Shown: piece after piece, positions 24,695-37,621 of the stretch
How positions within the stretch are numbered: the first letter of the stretch is position 1
Layout: every line of letters starts with the position of its first letter
Assembly (NCBI GenBank): GCA_973895155.1
Contig: OZ316894.1
Coordinates: 9,968,379 to 10,032,378, forward strand
Source: Marsupella aquatica
Taxonomy: Eukaryota > Plantae > Marchantiophyta
DNA length: 64,000 nt
Direction of reading: 5' to 3'
Translations under genes and position numbers: made by a program
Notes under the pieces: generated by a model
What the model saw: the letters and a program-made list of their open reading frames with translations, nothing else
What the model was told of the DNA's origin: nothing
Databases searched by the model: none

Positions 24695-24891
24695 CATATA
24701 ATTCATTGTTTCTCATGTGAAGTGAGTACTCAGGAGCACTTGTACCCGGAGCATTTATACTGGAACATGTGGTTTATGTTGGTAAAATATACTACAATCT
24801 GCTCTCCATATAATTCATTGTTTCTCATGTGAATGAGTACTCTTGAGCACTTGTACCAGGAACATTTATACTTGAACATGTGTTTTATGTT
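24695..24891 (+). repeat. Near-tandem duplication of ~86 bp
   Basis: catataattcattgtttctcatgtgaa..gagcacttgtacc..catttatact..aacatgtg..ttatgtt at 24695 and 24807. Confidence 0.85.
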
Positions 24892-27336
24892 TAGGAGAAT
24901 CTAATGACCAATGTTCTATTTTATGTGTGAATGTGTCGATTTCGTATGCCAGTAATCAAGAGAAGAGTAAGTTGGCACTTTTTACCGACCTAGCCCCATA
25001 ACTAGTAAAGGAAAGACTGCCAGCTTCATTTTCAAGTTTCAACCCCCAAGATATCATACTCCCATAGGTTCACGAACAGAATATCATGAGGTAATTAATG
25101 TCTTCAGGTTTCCTTTCGTCGGTTTGCTGTTCGAACCCCGAAACGGCTCCATGATTCCTGGAAAAGTACGGTTCCCGGACATTGACATTTCCCATTATCC
25201 CATTATGGCATTATTCCATAAGTATCATTACTTATCATTAATGTGTATGGCAAGGTGCGTGCACTGTATCAGGATAGGGTAATCTAAAAGTCTACGGATA
25301 GAGGGACAATCGACGGCTTGAAATCCCGCCAAGTTGCGCGCACAATCTGGACCCTGCACGGGTCACAGTGACATGATGATCATTCTGTACTGGCAAGTGG
25401 GGAGGACAATCGGAAGTTTCTAATGTACGATGAAAACAGGGAAATTGTGCTGTCAGTTGATCTAACGTGATTGTTGTGACCTCTAATTGTGAACACGGCT
25501 TGTCGATATGCTGTTAAAGGGATGGTTATATTTTCGAGAAACGAAAACGAATTGCATTTCCAGCCATGGATGAAGATAGATCCACGGTTGTTACTTTCGC
25601 CCCCTGATCAGGGGTCGCACCTGAAGGCTGAGGTTGAGTTGAGGTGATTCCATAATTATATCCACTATTTTCGTAAAAGTGACACGGCATCATCGTAATA
25701 ATGAAATAGTCAACGGGCAGAGGGCAGTGGGATAACACTATACCGGAAGGTTCTCCTACTTTTCATCCCTATTGACACATGTTTAATCATTTTCCATTTC
25801 ATTTACACACATGTTTTATTTGGTTCGACATTTTCTTAGTCTGGCGAGTCCTACAGTAGAGTACATGTGAAACATTATGGAGTAGTCACCCTGAGAAACT
25901 CATTATTGTTGTAGATTGGATTCGTTTGTTGAGTTTCTAGAATGAGTTCATATTTCAAAATGCTGCCCATGGTGCCCAGATTTACATTAGTGGAGAATTT
26001 CCTTTGTAGCAAGCACAGCCCAGCTCATTAATTCTATTTACTAGCTCGATTACTCCTTTCTGTAACACATAGAGATATGGAGGAAACCCAACCATGCAAA
26101 ATAAAAGGATTCCATGTCATACGCTGTTGATTTTTGCCTCCATCCTTGTTTTTTGTCTGCACCCTCACTTAATTTTAGTTATGCCCTCAGTTAAAGTCTA
26201 GAGACTTCCCTGTAGACAGTAGGCCTACTGTCACTTCAGTTCTCAATTTCAAGCTTCATACAATGACCAACCCATCCGAAAGTGGAGTACACCAAAGATT
26301 TGACATTTGTAAAGATTGGAGTTAATTAATTGGAAACAGACGAGAGTCACCCAAGAGGCTAACAATGTGTAAGTTTTCAAAAACTGCAGACGGAAACTTT
26401 TGCATGTCCTATTCATTGAAAGCTTTTTTTGTTATGTGTCACTATGAGCCTAATGCTCGTGTGTTGCACAATTGTTGCTGCAAGTGTGTTGGTATTGCAA
26501 AACTCTTATGACATCGGATAATGTCATAGCAGATAGTCACTATCAAAAGTGTAGGGATATTGCAAATGTTGGCATTGCATGAAATCCATGTTGTTGAATG
26601 ATGTGGAAGATGGTCAATGGAAAAGATTCTGAGCAGAATGAGCAGATTAATAGGAGGTCAAAGGAAAGAGATCCAAGGGCCAGGTCAAGAGACAGTCCGA
26701 GGGGGATAAAAAGATACTAAATACTTTGCCCCTCAATGTAGTTTGTTCTCTCTCATTTGTCCCCTTGCTTGGCCTTATTCATAGCCCCCTTTTTCACCAC
26801 CCTGCCATCTCCAGGCCGAAAAAATGTTAGCACCTCTATCGCCTTTGTGCCACCAGCGGAACTGGCTTGCAGCCAGGTTTTTTTTCCGAAGGGAAAGAGC
26901 AACGCTCAGAAAACCTAACTCCACGAGAAGGGACCACAGGGTATAGTAGGTGACACAACAAGGCGTGCAGAATTTTACTATAGTATTTTTTTTTGCAGGC
27001 CGTCAAAACCCCTTTATAGTTTTGTCCTTTGAATCTAACTCCTAGAATAATTTCAAGCACGTGTTGTAGAAAGTTAGCAATTCTATCATCATTGTCCGTT
27101 TCTTAAAAAATTGCCCCACATACTCACATAGTCTTACGTGCGAACTGTGTTAAAACGATTCCTTCCAAAGTGTTACCTATAATAATTGAACATTTTTAAA
27201 TCTGGTTGGTTTTATTATTATTTTATCCTTTTGCAGCTCGTTAGATAGTTTGCTCCTAGCATGGTACTGTACGATTTACTCGTGTTAATGCTTCGGGCGG
27301 TTTCTCTCTGTTTATGTTTCTACATAGACCATACGA

Positions 27337-28874
27337 GAGGTATATGCTTAATTGACCCCTCTAGACTGTTTCTTACTTAATCAACCCCCTATGTTCAGAT
27401 TCCTTACATATAGTTCTTGGGAAGAGTCAGATTCCTTACATATAGTTCTTGGGAAGAGTGATATAGGGAGACTTTACCACGGTGAATTCTAATTTTCTAT
27501 CATATGAGCCCGTGGTTATAGGGAGACTTTACCACGGTGAACTCTAATTTTCTATCATATGAGCCCGTGGTCTCGTCTGTGGTATGCTGCAATTATGTCG
27601 AGAAAAGAGTCGGCCCACAATCCACACGTGATAAGATCGAATGACAGCAGACGCAGTCGTGGATACTTTTGTGTTTGAAAACAAAACTAGTATGGTTTTC
27701 AAACATTTGGGGGTCTCCAACGGGGTCTCCATTCGTCTGAAGTTTAGAGGTAATTAAACTGGGAGCCTGCTATCTCCATAATGACTGTTCATATATAGTT
27801 GCTTTGTTCAGAATCTTGATCAGTGCATTCCACTAGAGACAAATCTATGTTTGGATCTCACTCTGAATAGAAAATGCTTTGCTAGATCTCTTTGACACGC
27901 TAAATTGGGACGCTTGCATTCAGAAATTATTAAATGTTCTCAAAATGTTCTCAATCTTTATATTGCAAGATCATTATGACAGCCAAGAATCCAAACACTT
28001 GTAAAATTCTCCAAAATCCTTGAAGTGTTTGCCGTTTTGAATTTGAGTTGCCTTTGCTTCCATTATGAGCAATTGAACTAGGACACTTTGCATTATGTAC
28101 TCTCAACAAAATGTATTCACTAGAATAAACATATCAATAACAATTGATGACAACATCAAATTCTTACACACTTTCTTATAGGCTTTCCCATCAGTTATCC
28201 TGGCCACATCCTAAAGCCATGTGCAATTGTGTCATGTTTGTGGGCACGCTCTATCTTGTAGTGATCAAATGTCACATTAAAGAATGTACACTTCAAATAG
28301 ATCCCCTCTATGCCAAAGATGCACAACAACATCAAAATCTCCAACATTGATATCCCTAAGTGTACCTCACACCACTAAAATGTCATCTAGATTGCATGCA
28401 AACTCTAACGAAAAGAGACTGAGCTTCCCTATAACCCCCAATACAATAGATTCCCCCAAACCTCAAGACCAACAGAAGTCATCATGACAGAATGTGAAAC
28501 AATGATTGAACAGGACCAAGTTATACGAAGACAATTCAATAATGAACATTTGAAGACATAACACGTATTGTCTTCACATCATTTCTAAAATCCTTGATCA
28601 TCGTCGTCGCGGCGCGGCCAACCCTAAATGAAACATTTGACGGTTTGGTCAAGTTGCTTGCACCCATGGATAGGTTCAGGTAGACTGCAATTGCAATAAA
28701 CGGCATGTCATGAACCATAAACTATCAAAGGGGGTTGATTGGGTAACAAATATACTTTGGGGGGTCGATTGGGGCAGATCTGAACATAGGGGGTCGATTG
28801 AGGCACATTTTAACATAGGGGGTTGATTAAGCAAGAAACAGTCGGACAAAGGGGGTTGATTAAGCATATACCTC
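27337..28874. mobile_element. Non-autonomous Mutator-like element (~1.5 kb)
   Basis: ~65-bp TIR gaggtatatgcttaat..gactgtttctt(a/g)cttaatcaaccccctatgtt. Flanks gaccatacga / aaccagacgc match 7/10. Internal short tandem duplications at ~27397-27570. Confidence 0.8.
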
Positions 28875-29022
28875 AACCAGACGCCTTCACATTTTACATT
28901 TGCTCATGATTTGGTACGTTACACCTTTGTATCAACTATCATAGACCATTACATAGCCGAACTATTTTTATAGGTTTGTCTAGAAATGGAAGTCAGATAG
29001 ACCTCCACATCTGTCAAAATAT

Positions 29023-29201
29023 GAGGTATTTGCCTGATCAACTCCCAAAATGAAATTTGTTACTTGATCGACTCCCTGAGATCTACCAACAGTCCAGATC
29101 TAAGATTGAAAGGTCCATCAATGTTCCAGATTGGGGAAAAATATCAAGGGGGTTGATTAAGCAAACTTTTTCCAGAAGGGGGTCTACTAATCATATCTCT
29201 C
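29023..29201. mobile_element. 179-bp Mutator-like MITE, copy 1
   Basis: GAG..CTC termini related to the 27337 element, colinear with 44387-44565. Flanks gtcaaaat / gttgaaat fit a CpG-decayed TSD. Confidence 0.8.
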
Positions 29202-32200
29202 GTTGAAATTCTGATATAGACTTTGCAAATTGGATACATTGGAGAGAAGCTGGTGAGTGGACTCTGATAAGAAAATGAGATGGTCATGTTTGGGAATTTG
29301 TAGGTCTCTCCATCTGGAATGAAATTTGAAGATGGGAGAGATCTTTCAAAGCTATTTCTGTTCAAACCCCGAAATTCTATTTCATAGGAATGGATATTAA
29401 GGGAGATACTGATTTCAAAAACTTTTGAAAACTCAAAGTGTGGACAGTGAGTGATTCACTAATATTTAGTAATTGACAAATCTCTTCATCCATCTTGAAA
29501 ATTGGAGGTAGTAGACTAGTTGGAAAGAGCCTTTCAATCCACTTCTCATGAGCCCAATAAAAGTTGATTTTGATGGATATCAAGGGATATATTGCATGTC
29601 ACACTTTGTTGGCTTAAAACTATTATGAAATGAGAAGGAGTGAAGATGTAAAATGTGTCATGGTCCATGGGGGTTGCATGGCAAACGTGCGCAATCCACG
29701 GGATGTTCTATAAGTTTTCCTTTGGTCCCTGAAGGTTTAGCGTTCTTGAAAAGGCAATTGTACTGCATTAAATGTATGACCCGACAGAACAAAAGGAAGG
29801 AACACCAAAAAAAATTTGCAAACAAAAAGCGCTCAATCCTGCGCTCAATAAATCTAACTGTATACTTGTGCTTCATTTGGTTGTCTCATGTGTGGCTCAT
29901 TGTACAATAATTGAACCAATATGTAAACTTGCTTAGAATAACTGGTGACCCTTTCTTGCCAGAAAGTGGTACAATATGACAAAAGAAGGACCAAATGCAT
30001 GTAAACTTTGTTGGCAACCAACTTGATGTAATTTTTTTTTCAAACCCAGCACCAATACGTAGGAATGAGTTTATGGATAAGTCAAAAGTCCCTGGAATTT
30101 GTTTCTGATTTGCACCCACCTCCCACAAGCATGCAAAGGTGCAAACCAAATAGACATAGGTGCGGATAGTCTTTCGAAGTAAAGCAGCTGTTTTCTATCT
30201 CAATTGCCTTATGGCCGAAGAGTCCTTACTGCCCTGTTCTATTCGGGATAATATGTTAGGTATATGTTTATGTCAACGTGCTCTAGACAATGTGAAGCCT
30301 TTATAGTTTGCCCAGTTTATTAGTTCATTCCAGCCCCTTTAATTTCTTACATTCTTAATTTCTATTAGGCTTGTTCATCATTGTATGTACTTTCAATTCT
30401 ACAAGATCGTATGTTTTTTTTCTCTTTATTTTTTGTTGCAAATAATTTTATGTAGGGAGATCCCTCTCTTTTATAGAGTCAATTTCAAAGATGCTTGCCC
30501 TCTCAACCAGGCATTTGAGATCTCGTCAACGTCAACCCAGGGGGTTTATGTCTCAAATGCTAACAAAGTATTTTAGATCAATTTGTGTGAAATGAACCCA
30601 GAGCCGTCACCCTCCCCTCTCTCCTGCGCTCACCCTCCCCACATCACGCTTGTCCCCTCCAAGTCCCTGTCACCCGGGGGCCTGCAGGGTTCTCCCCTTC
30701 AAAACTTACTTTTGGAAGGCCACCAAGTTTTGTTTTTTTTCCTCCTTTTAGGGTTTGGTCGAGTGAATATTTTTAAATTGGGGTCCAACCAGGCAAATTC
30801 CTCAACTGAATAGTAAGGAATCTTTTCTGCAAGGATTTTTTGTCATACGTTCTGTTTCATTTCAAATAACTCTTCAGGAGGAGAACTTTTGATGGGGAAT
30901 AAGTTTTAAAAAATTATGAAATGCAAGCAGCCTATATATTCATGGAAATATACCCTAGCCCACATCCCTGGGTATGGGAGCTTCTCTCAAGCCTGTTGTC
31001 TTGTTTGAAACCTACCGTGACTATAGCACATAACTTCAATTGGGGGTGCAGGTAGAAAGTAGCAATTAGGTGCTCAAAGCCTACTATGAGAACGAAGCGT
31101 CGAAACTCGAAAGTGAAAGTGGGAGGCGCATGCAAGAAGATTCTTACTTTTAGTTCCTCTTTCTTGGTGTTTAGTGGTTCCCTTTTGCTCACTTTTTTTT
31201 GGATTGGTTTTGTCCACTTGGGCCCTCTTTTGTTTGTTCATTTGTACTCTGTTTGGTCCCTTTGTATATAAAAAGTGTGTATATTTAATTAAGAAGATTA
31301 GTATTTCGAGTGTCAATGATGAACATGAATAATAAGGAACCTTTCTTAGCAAGGGTTCACCTTTGTTTTCACCTCTATATCTACGATAGGGCTGGTTCTC
31401 TTGTTGACGAATAGGTTAAATAACTATAACGACTGTATCTGTCATATCGGTCATTTATGTACTCATGGGAAACCGTCAGTACACTCGCCCATACCCCTTT
31501 ACCTGGAGATAGAACCTTAATAAAAACAATACCGAAGCTGGCTTTTCGGGAGCAAACGACTGCACGCAAGTGAACATATAATTTAGTGCCAGTAGCATGG
31601 TGGAACATGCAGCCAATGGCACAGACTAGCAAACGAAGGGTGTGAGCAAAAGACGTCATGTGATGAAACACACCGTACTTCAATGACGTGCTCTAGTGAC
31701 ATGTGGGAAAATTGCTTTACAGTACCTGAGCCTGCGCGACCGGCTAAAATGGGGGGCTGCGGGCAGACCTACTCGTGCCGGTCGCTGGGGAACGTAGGGA
31801 CGTTAAAAATTCAGCTTTAAAGTCTGTTTAAATTACACAAATTCGATTAATGTTTTGTATTTTTGTCGTCTTTGGAAGTATGTTGTCAAAATATACTCTG
31901 AATTGTTTGGTGAATTGGTGGTGTCTATCTATGTCGTTGACGGCAAAGGTTGGTCGTGTTTGTACATTCAATTAGAATTATGAGAAACTTTATTCGTTTA
32001 TTTTGTAAATTTAAATTTCATAAATTCAATCACCCCGGTGAAAGTTTGAATTAAAATTCTCTATTCCCTTGATTCTGAAACTCGTTTTCATACTAGACTC
32101 CTATCCATTGAGATAGCTTTTAACTAAAACAGTGGATATAGAATATTTCACTAGTCACTAGAACTAATATTTTCCTTTGTACTTTCTTATCATACACGCA

Positions 32201-34097
32201 GTTGTGATGAGTGAAAACTTAAAATCAGTTGTGCATGCAAAGAATATTTCTTGATCGTGGGCATTCTCCTAGGTATTACCTTCAATCACAAAGACTTGCA
32301 TTTAATAACCATGAGTTCTATAAAAAAATTCCACATTATTGAATCTATCAAAATTGTTGATATCTGTGTGAGGATCAACGTCCCCTAAATTCGGTAAAAT
32401 TACCAACATATCTATTATTGGATGGACCAAACAATTTCCAACACCAACAACTGTCAACATTTATTTGGAGTTTCTACTTCGCTTCCACCCCTTTATTTTT
32501 TGTATGGCTTTTGGATCCTGTCCCCCAGTTGACCCAGTTACTGTAGTTCTTTGGTATTGTGACGTACACATTATAGAAAGAAAATATGACTCTGAGGAAA
32601 AATTAAATGCTTTAGAGTGATCTATGGGAGCATCTTGTCAACACTTGTTACTGGGAGCCACTGTGCCTCTAGAGGGGCTTGCCTACTAGATGTAGACCAA
32701 TTCTTCTTCTCCTCTGTTTTGAAATTCCATTTACTCTTTTCTTTGGTGTTTTCCTTATTGCATCTCTTTTGTTTTTCCTTCATTGTACTTTGTTTGCCCA
32801 TTTTTTAAAATTATGAGCCCTATGCGCATGCCTTGCACAGTCCATGGGGAGTCCAGCCGGGGCATTTATGGGGCAGCTTGGGGAAGTGGGGAAACGCATA
32901 TGTGCCAGGGGTGCCTATTTTCTCCATCAATGATCAAGTAAAACAACCAAATGAATCCAATGGTTGTAAATCTTTTTTGCTTTTTGTATTGGAAGGAAGG
33001 ACAAAAAAGCACAAGATATTTTATTATAGTTGAGGATGGTAGTTTGTTGTTTGTCCATGGGCGCCACTCTAGTGAAAGCTCTTCTTCTTATTGTCCTCTG
33101 TATTGAGATTGCATTTGCTTCATGCTTTCGTGTTTTCCTTATGTCTACCTCTTTTCGTTTCCCTTCATTGTACTTTGTTTTGCTATTTTTTTCCACAAAT
33201 TATGGTTGTTTATCCCAGGGGCGATCTTCGTCAAGTTTTAGGGGTAGGTCGTAAATTCCCCGAGTAACGAGGTTTCCCTTTGAGATCCGACGGGCAGGAG
33301 GCGGCGATCTCGGGCCGGGACAGCAGCTTCCAGGAAGGGCCGGTTGGCGAAGGATCGAAGGACCTGTCCATCGATTCCTCCGGCGTGGCGTTGCTTTGCG
33401 TGCGACAATGCGGCCCTATGTCTACAAGAGCTGAAGCGCAGAAGTGGGAAACTGTTGTCGTTGAGGAAGAGGTCTCGTGCTCCCTTCCCGAATCGCTTCC
33501 GGACCGAGGTAGAAGCGGAGGCTGAGCGCATTCTGCGTGGCCCGGTTTTCGATCCGAGTTGGGTCGATCGGAATTGGTGTGTAAGGCTGAAGTTTGTGTT
33601 GTCGTTCTTGATTGTAAGGTGATACTGTCCGTGGATTGAGAGGAAAGGATTGGATCAAGAGAGTGGAAATAAGTTTTGCAGTCAACAAGGCATTCCTCGG
33701 ACGACTGAAGATTGAAGTTGCTCCACAGTGGTCGCTTCGAGGCCACCTGGGAAGCGTGCGGGATTTGCGCTGCAGGGAGGAGGGGATCGATTGGCAGGGA
33801 AAAGTTGGGAGGAAGTGGGAAGCGCATGACAAGGAGTCTATACTCCGTGTCTGATCTCCACCACTGCCATCTGAGGACGGCGAAGGGGGAGGAAGAACAC
33901 GAGCGTAGGAGCTGCGGTTTTGGTCCTGTAGTGCTCGAGCTTCTGATCAGCAAAAGAATTTGCATTACTGGCGGAGAGAAGGGCGAGGTCGGTTGATCGG
34001 TCGGCCGTTCAGTTCAGATTTATAGTAAGAAGCCCCCGCAGCTGAAGAGGAGGCCACAATTGCTCCTTGGTTCAAGTTCCACCTGGATCTCTTGGGC

Positions 34098-36393
34098 ATG
34101 GCTCCCGAGAACGAAGGGAAGCCGGCTCCCGCCAACATGGGCGACAGAACGGAGGTTTCCATCGATGGACTGCTGGACATTGAACAGCTACTGGTGAAGG
34201 TCCAAGTCGAGATGGAAAGGATCTGCACCTCGGATGTCATGTCCAACTTCGCCTTCGACGGTGACCTCAAACCCGAGTTAGCGGACTCCTTTTCAAGCCA
34301 GCTGGTGAACCGCAGGCCTGAGGCGCTGCGAGTTCTTGCGTCCAAGCAGGACAGTGTCAAGCTTATCAGTGAGCTAGCCCTGCTCAAATTACGGAACCTC
34401 ATTCCCAGGCGGAAGGGATCGGTTGAGGTGCGTTTCATCTTCGAAATACTCCTTCACAGTTTTCAGTGCAAGTTCCAGGGGAGAGTCGTGGTAGTGAAGT
34501 CCGAAGCGTTTGACGGTTTTGGTGTTCTAGAAGTGGTTAATGTTGACGTGAGGGTCGAAGCGCTGCCATATGCAATTAAAAGGACTCGGGATTTTAGAGT
34601 TGTAACCTTTAAAGCTGTGCTTGATTACGACAGTAGTGTGTGTGATGCATACCCTTTTGGGAGTTGATTTAGGATTCGGGTTTCGGACTGAAGCGACTTG
34701 TCATGGAATGCAGGACGTGAGTTCTAACATGAATCTGAAGCGGAGCAGGCCTTTGAGCCCCCTGCACGTCCCCCGGATGTCGAGCATCGTAGATCCCCAA
34801 GACTCGAAGGTTGGAGTTCTGTCACTTGACGGAGCAACTTCACCCCGCGGTAGTCATGGCACCGCCTTCGACGTTCCCAGCCCTACCCCAGCTGATATGC
34901 TCCCCCTCAAGTTCATCAGAACGGGAGACAACACAAAAGCTCCATTCCAGAAGCCGTCTACGATCTTCATGTAAGAACTACTTTTCCCGGCTGTTCTATG
35001 CACCCCGTGATGGCGTTTTCCGGCTGTTGAAGTGTTGACTTTCTTTTATCGAAGTGCTCAACTCTGTCTCTCCTACATTGGGCTGGGATCTTCAAATGTG
35101 CAACTGTGATAGGCTTTTGAATGTTTCTTTGACGAGTTCCATTTGCTAATCATCCAGTGCTTCTTTTCTGTGCAGGCCTACTGCAAAGCTTGGTAGCGTT
35201 GGTGTCCCAATTCTAGACGTTTCGATTGTGCCTGCGCCTACCGAAAGTTTATCAGCAGTGTCTTCGGGTCTCGTCAACAGAGCCCCTAGCGCCAAGAAGC
35301 GGCCAGCCCGCTCCAGACGTGACAGGTACCGACTTGTTACCTAGTGGGCCTGTTACTCGTTGTTTATTTCCGTGTCCGTGAGGCCAGTCGCTGATACAGT
35401 TTGCCTATCCTTTATAACTTTTGCATGACATGGAGATGTGGTGAACGCTGTATCTCGCTGCACTCGAATTTTTTCACTTGCATTTGTCTTCGTCCATCAT
35501 TGCAAGGGGGTTGTCACTAACAGACCTCGCTGACTATGTCTGGGTGCAGGAATAAAACGAAGAACAAAATTGTGCTTATGCCAGAGCCTGTCATGCAGAG
35601 GTTGGGGCCTGGGGACACCAACAAGATTCCGGACGATGGCTTCCTTTGGCGCAAGTATGGAAACAAGCCCATTAAGACTGCATCATACAAGAGAGGGTAC
35701 TACAAGTGCCGTCACTTCAAGGAAGTGAAGTGCAACGCCACGAAAATCGTACAGCAGACGAACAATGACCCGAACACTTTCTCTGTGCACTACAAGGGCG
35801 AGCACACTTGCAGTCAGCGAGGAAACCTGGGCGGTGTTAACGGCGGCTCACAGCCTGGAGGTAATGACAGCACATCTTTGGCTGATCAGGTGAACGAGAA
35901 CCTGGATTCTAGCGATCCCAGGAGCCCTGAAGACGAGAAGGATGACGTCCTCGATGGAATGGAGTGGCCAAGGGATGACGACAGTGACTCTGCAAGTGAA
36001 GAGCTATTCCCATCTGATGGAGGAGAAGAGGCTGTGGAGAGCGTGAGAGCCCCTGCTGTAGAGGAGCTTTCGCAACCTACCTCGCCGCTCATTAGCTTCG
36101 AGATGCCGGCCATTGGAAACCTGCCAACAGACTCTGTACGTTCCGACATGACGGAGATCAACATTGAGACAACTTCGCCTTGGTGCGATACGCTCTCCAC
36201 TCCTGATTACAAGCTTAAGTACCAGGACTCTTGCCCACCCGAGGCAACACAAGAGATGGACCATAACGAGATTCTTCTCGACTTGATCAACGTGGGTGGG
36301 TTGATGGGCGACAATGCAATCCACGACATCAGCTACTGGTGTCATGACATGGACCCTTTCTCTTTCCCCTCTGACAGTCTTCAGTTTCACTAA
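34098..36393 (+). CDS. WRKY: Group III WRKY transcription factor (4 exons: 34098-34427, 34714-34970, 35176-35325, 35550-36393; 526 aa)
   Basis: DDGFLWRKYGNKPIK..YYKC-x7-C-x23-HTC is a C2HC zinc finger. All three introns are GT-AG and keep the frame (1581 nt total). Acidic C-terminal region. Confidence 0.93.
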
Positions 36394-37465
36394 TCCCCTT
36401 CGCCGATACTCTAGCCGAGCCCAATTGCGACTGGGCTGGCGACTTGCCTAGTCTCGATGCGAGCAGTGTGCAAGCAAGGAAAGCTGAATGTGCATTTGTA
36501 CAGAGAGCAGTCCATTTTGAGGGGCTGTAATGACTTGATTTGTCGTCAGCTTCTTTATCGCCGGACCACGCACGGGATATTGGCAAGCGCTGGAAGTGAC
36601 TTTATTTTCTTTTCTACTCTTCTTTCGATCTCAAACGATGGATTGAATGTCGGGTGCGTCCGAATCACCGGACGGTCCAGCACTATGAACCTGGCCTTGA
36701 ACTGAACTTTACCACATGCCTGGCTTCGCCCTCCTCGGCAAGCTAGTTGATGGAATTCAGTTTGTAGGTGGGAACATGTTTTCGCAAAGCAGCAACGTTC
36801 GATCCACTTGACTTGCGGATTTCTGTCGTTCAAGCTTAGCAACATGCGGCGACCTTTCTCGGACTTATTGTACACTAAGCTATGTAGCTGGAGAGCTCCT
36901 GATCCTTCTCATGTCCGACCAAGAGGACGTGTTCCAAATAGCTTATGTGACATGTCTCGGTCCTGAGTTAGAGGTCCCCTAGTACCTTAATAGTCAAATA
37001 TGTACGTGCCAGTACCGTAAAACTACTAAGCAGTAAGAGATGATGTGACTTTTCGAAAAGCATGCCGGAAAAGCATGCAGCAACGCTCGGAAACTCTTTG
37101 TATCATAGCCCGAAATCGAACCCTGCAGTCTGGTTGCTCCTGGACGTTCCGTCTGTCTCCTACAGACAGGCAGGTAAGCATGCCAGTGGATTGTTTTTCT
37201 GGCCAAGTGTATCTTCTGCGGACGCGCTGAGTTTTGCGGAGCTCGTGCAGAGAAGCGCACCTTGGCTTGTGCAATTGTAAATTAGAACTTCGTCACATTG
37301 GGCCCTCACGGTGTGGATGTTGATCTTTGCAGTTACGGATGTGCTGGACTTCCTGGATCTCGATCCACTGGCTTGCGTCTCTGTTAACCTTGTGCTGTTA
37401 CTGGGTGTAGTGTTTTATTATAAACATGGTCTCTCAACCATCTTTGTATCAGCTTTATAATTGAA

Positions 37466-37621
37466 TGTACCTACCTATGCTTGTAATCTTGCTGAGTGAT
37501 TGAATGCGAATGCTCTCTCCTAGTCAGTCGTCTTCCACATTGCTGTACCTACCTATGCTTGTAATCTTGCTGAGTGATTGAATGCGAATGCTCTCTCCTA
37601 GTCAGTCGTCTTCCACATTGC
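37466..37621 (+). repeat. Exact 78-bp tandem duplication
   Basis: tgtacctacctatgc..tcttccacattgc at 37466-37543 and 37544-37621. Confidence 0.92.

Noticed and set aside
33231-33965. 244-aa minus-strand ORF upstream of WRKY
   Set aside because: Ser/Pro-rich with no motifs. It lies antisense to the probable long GC-rich 5' leader of the WRKY gene.
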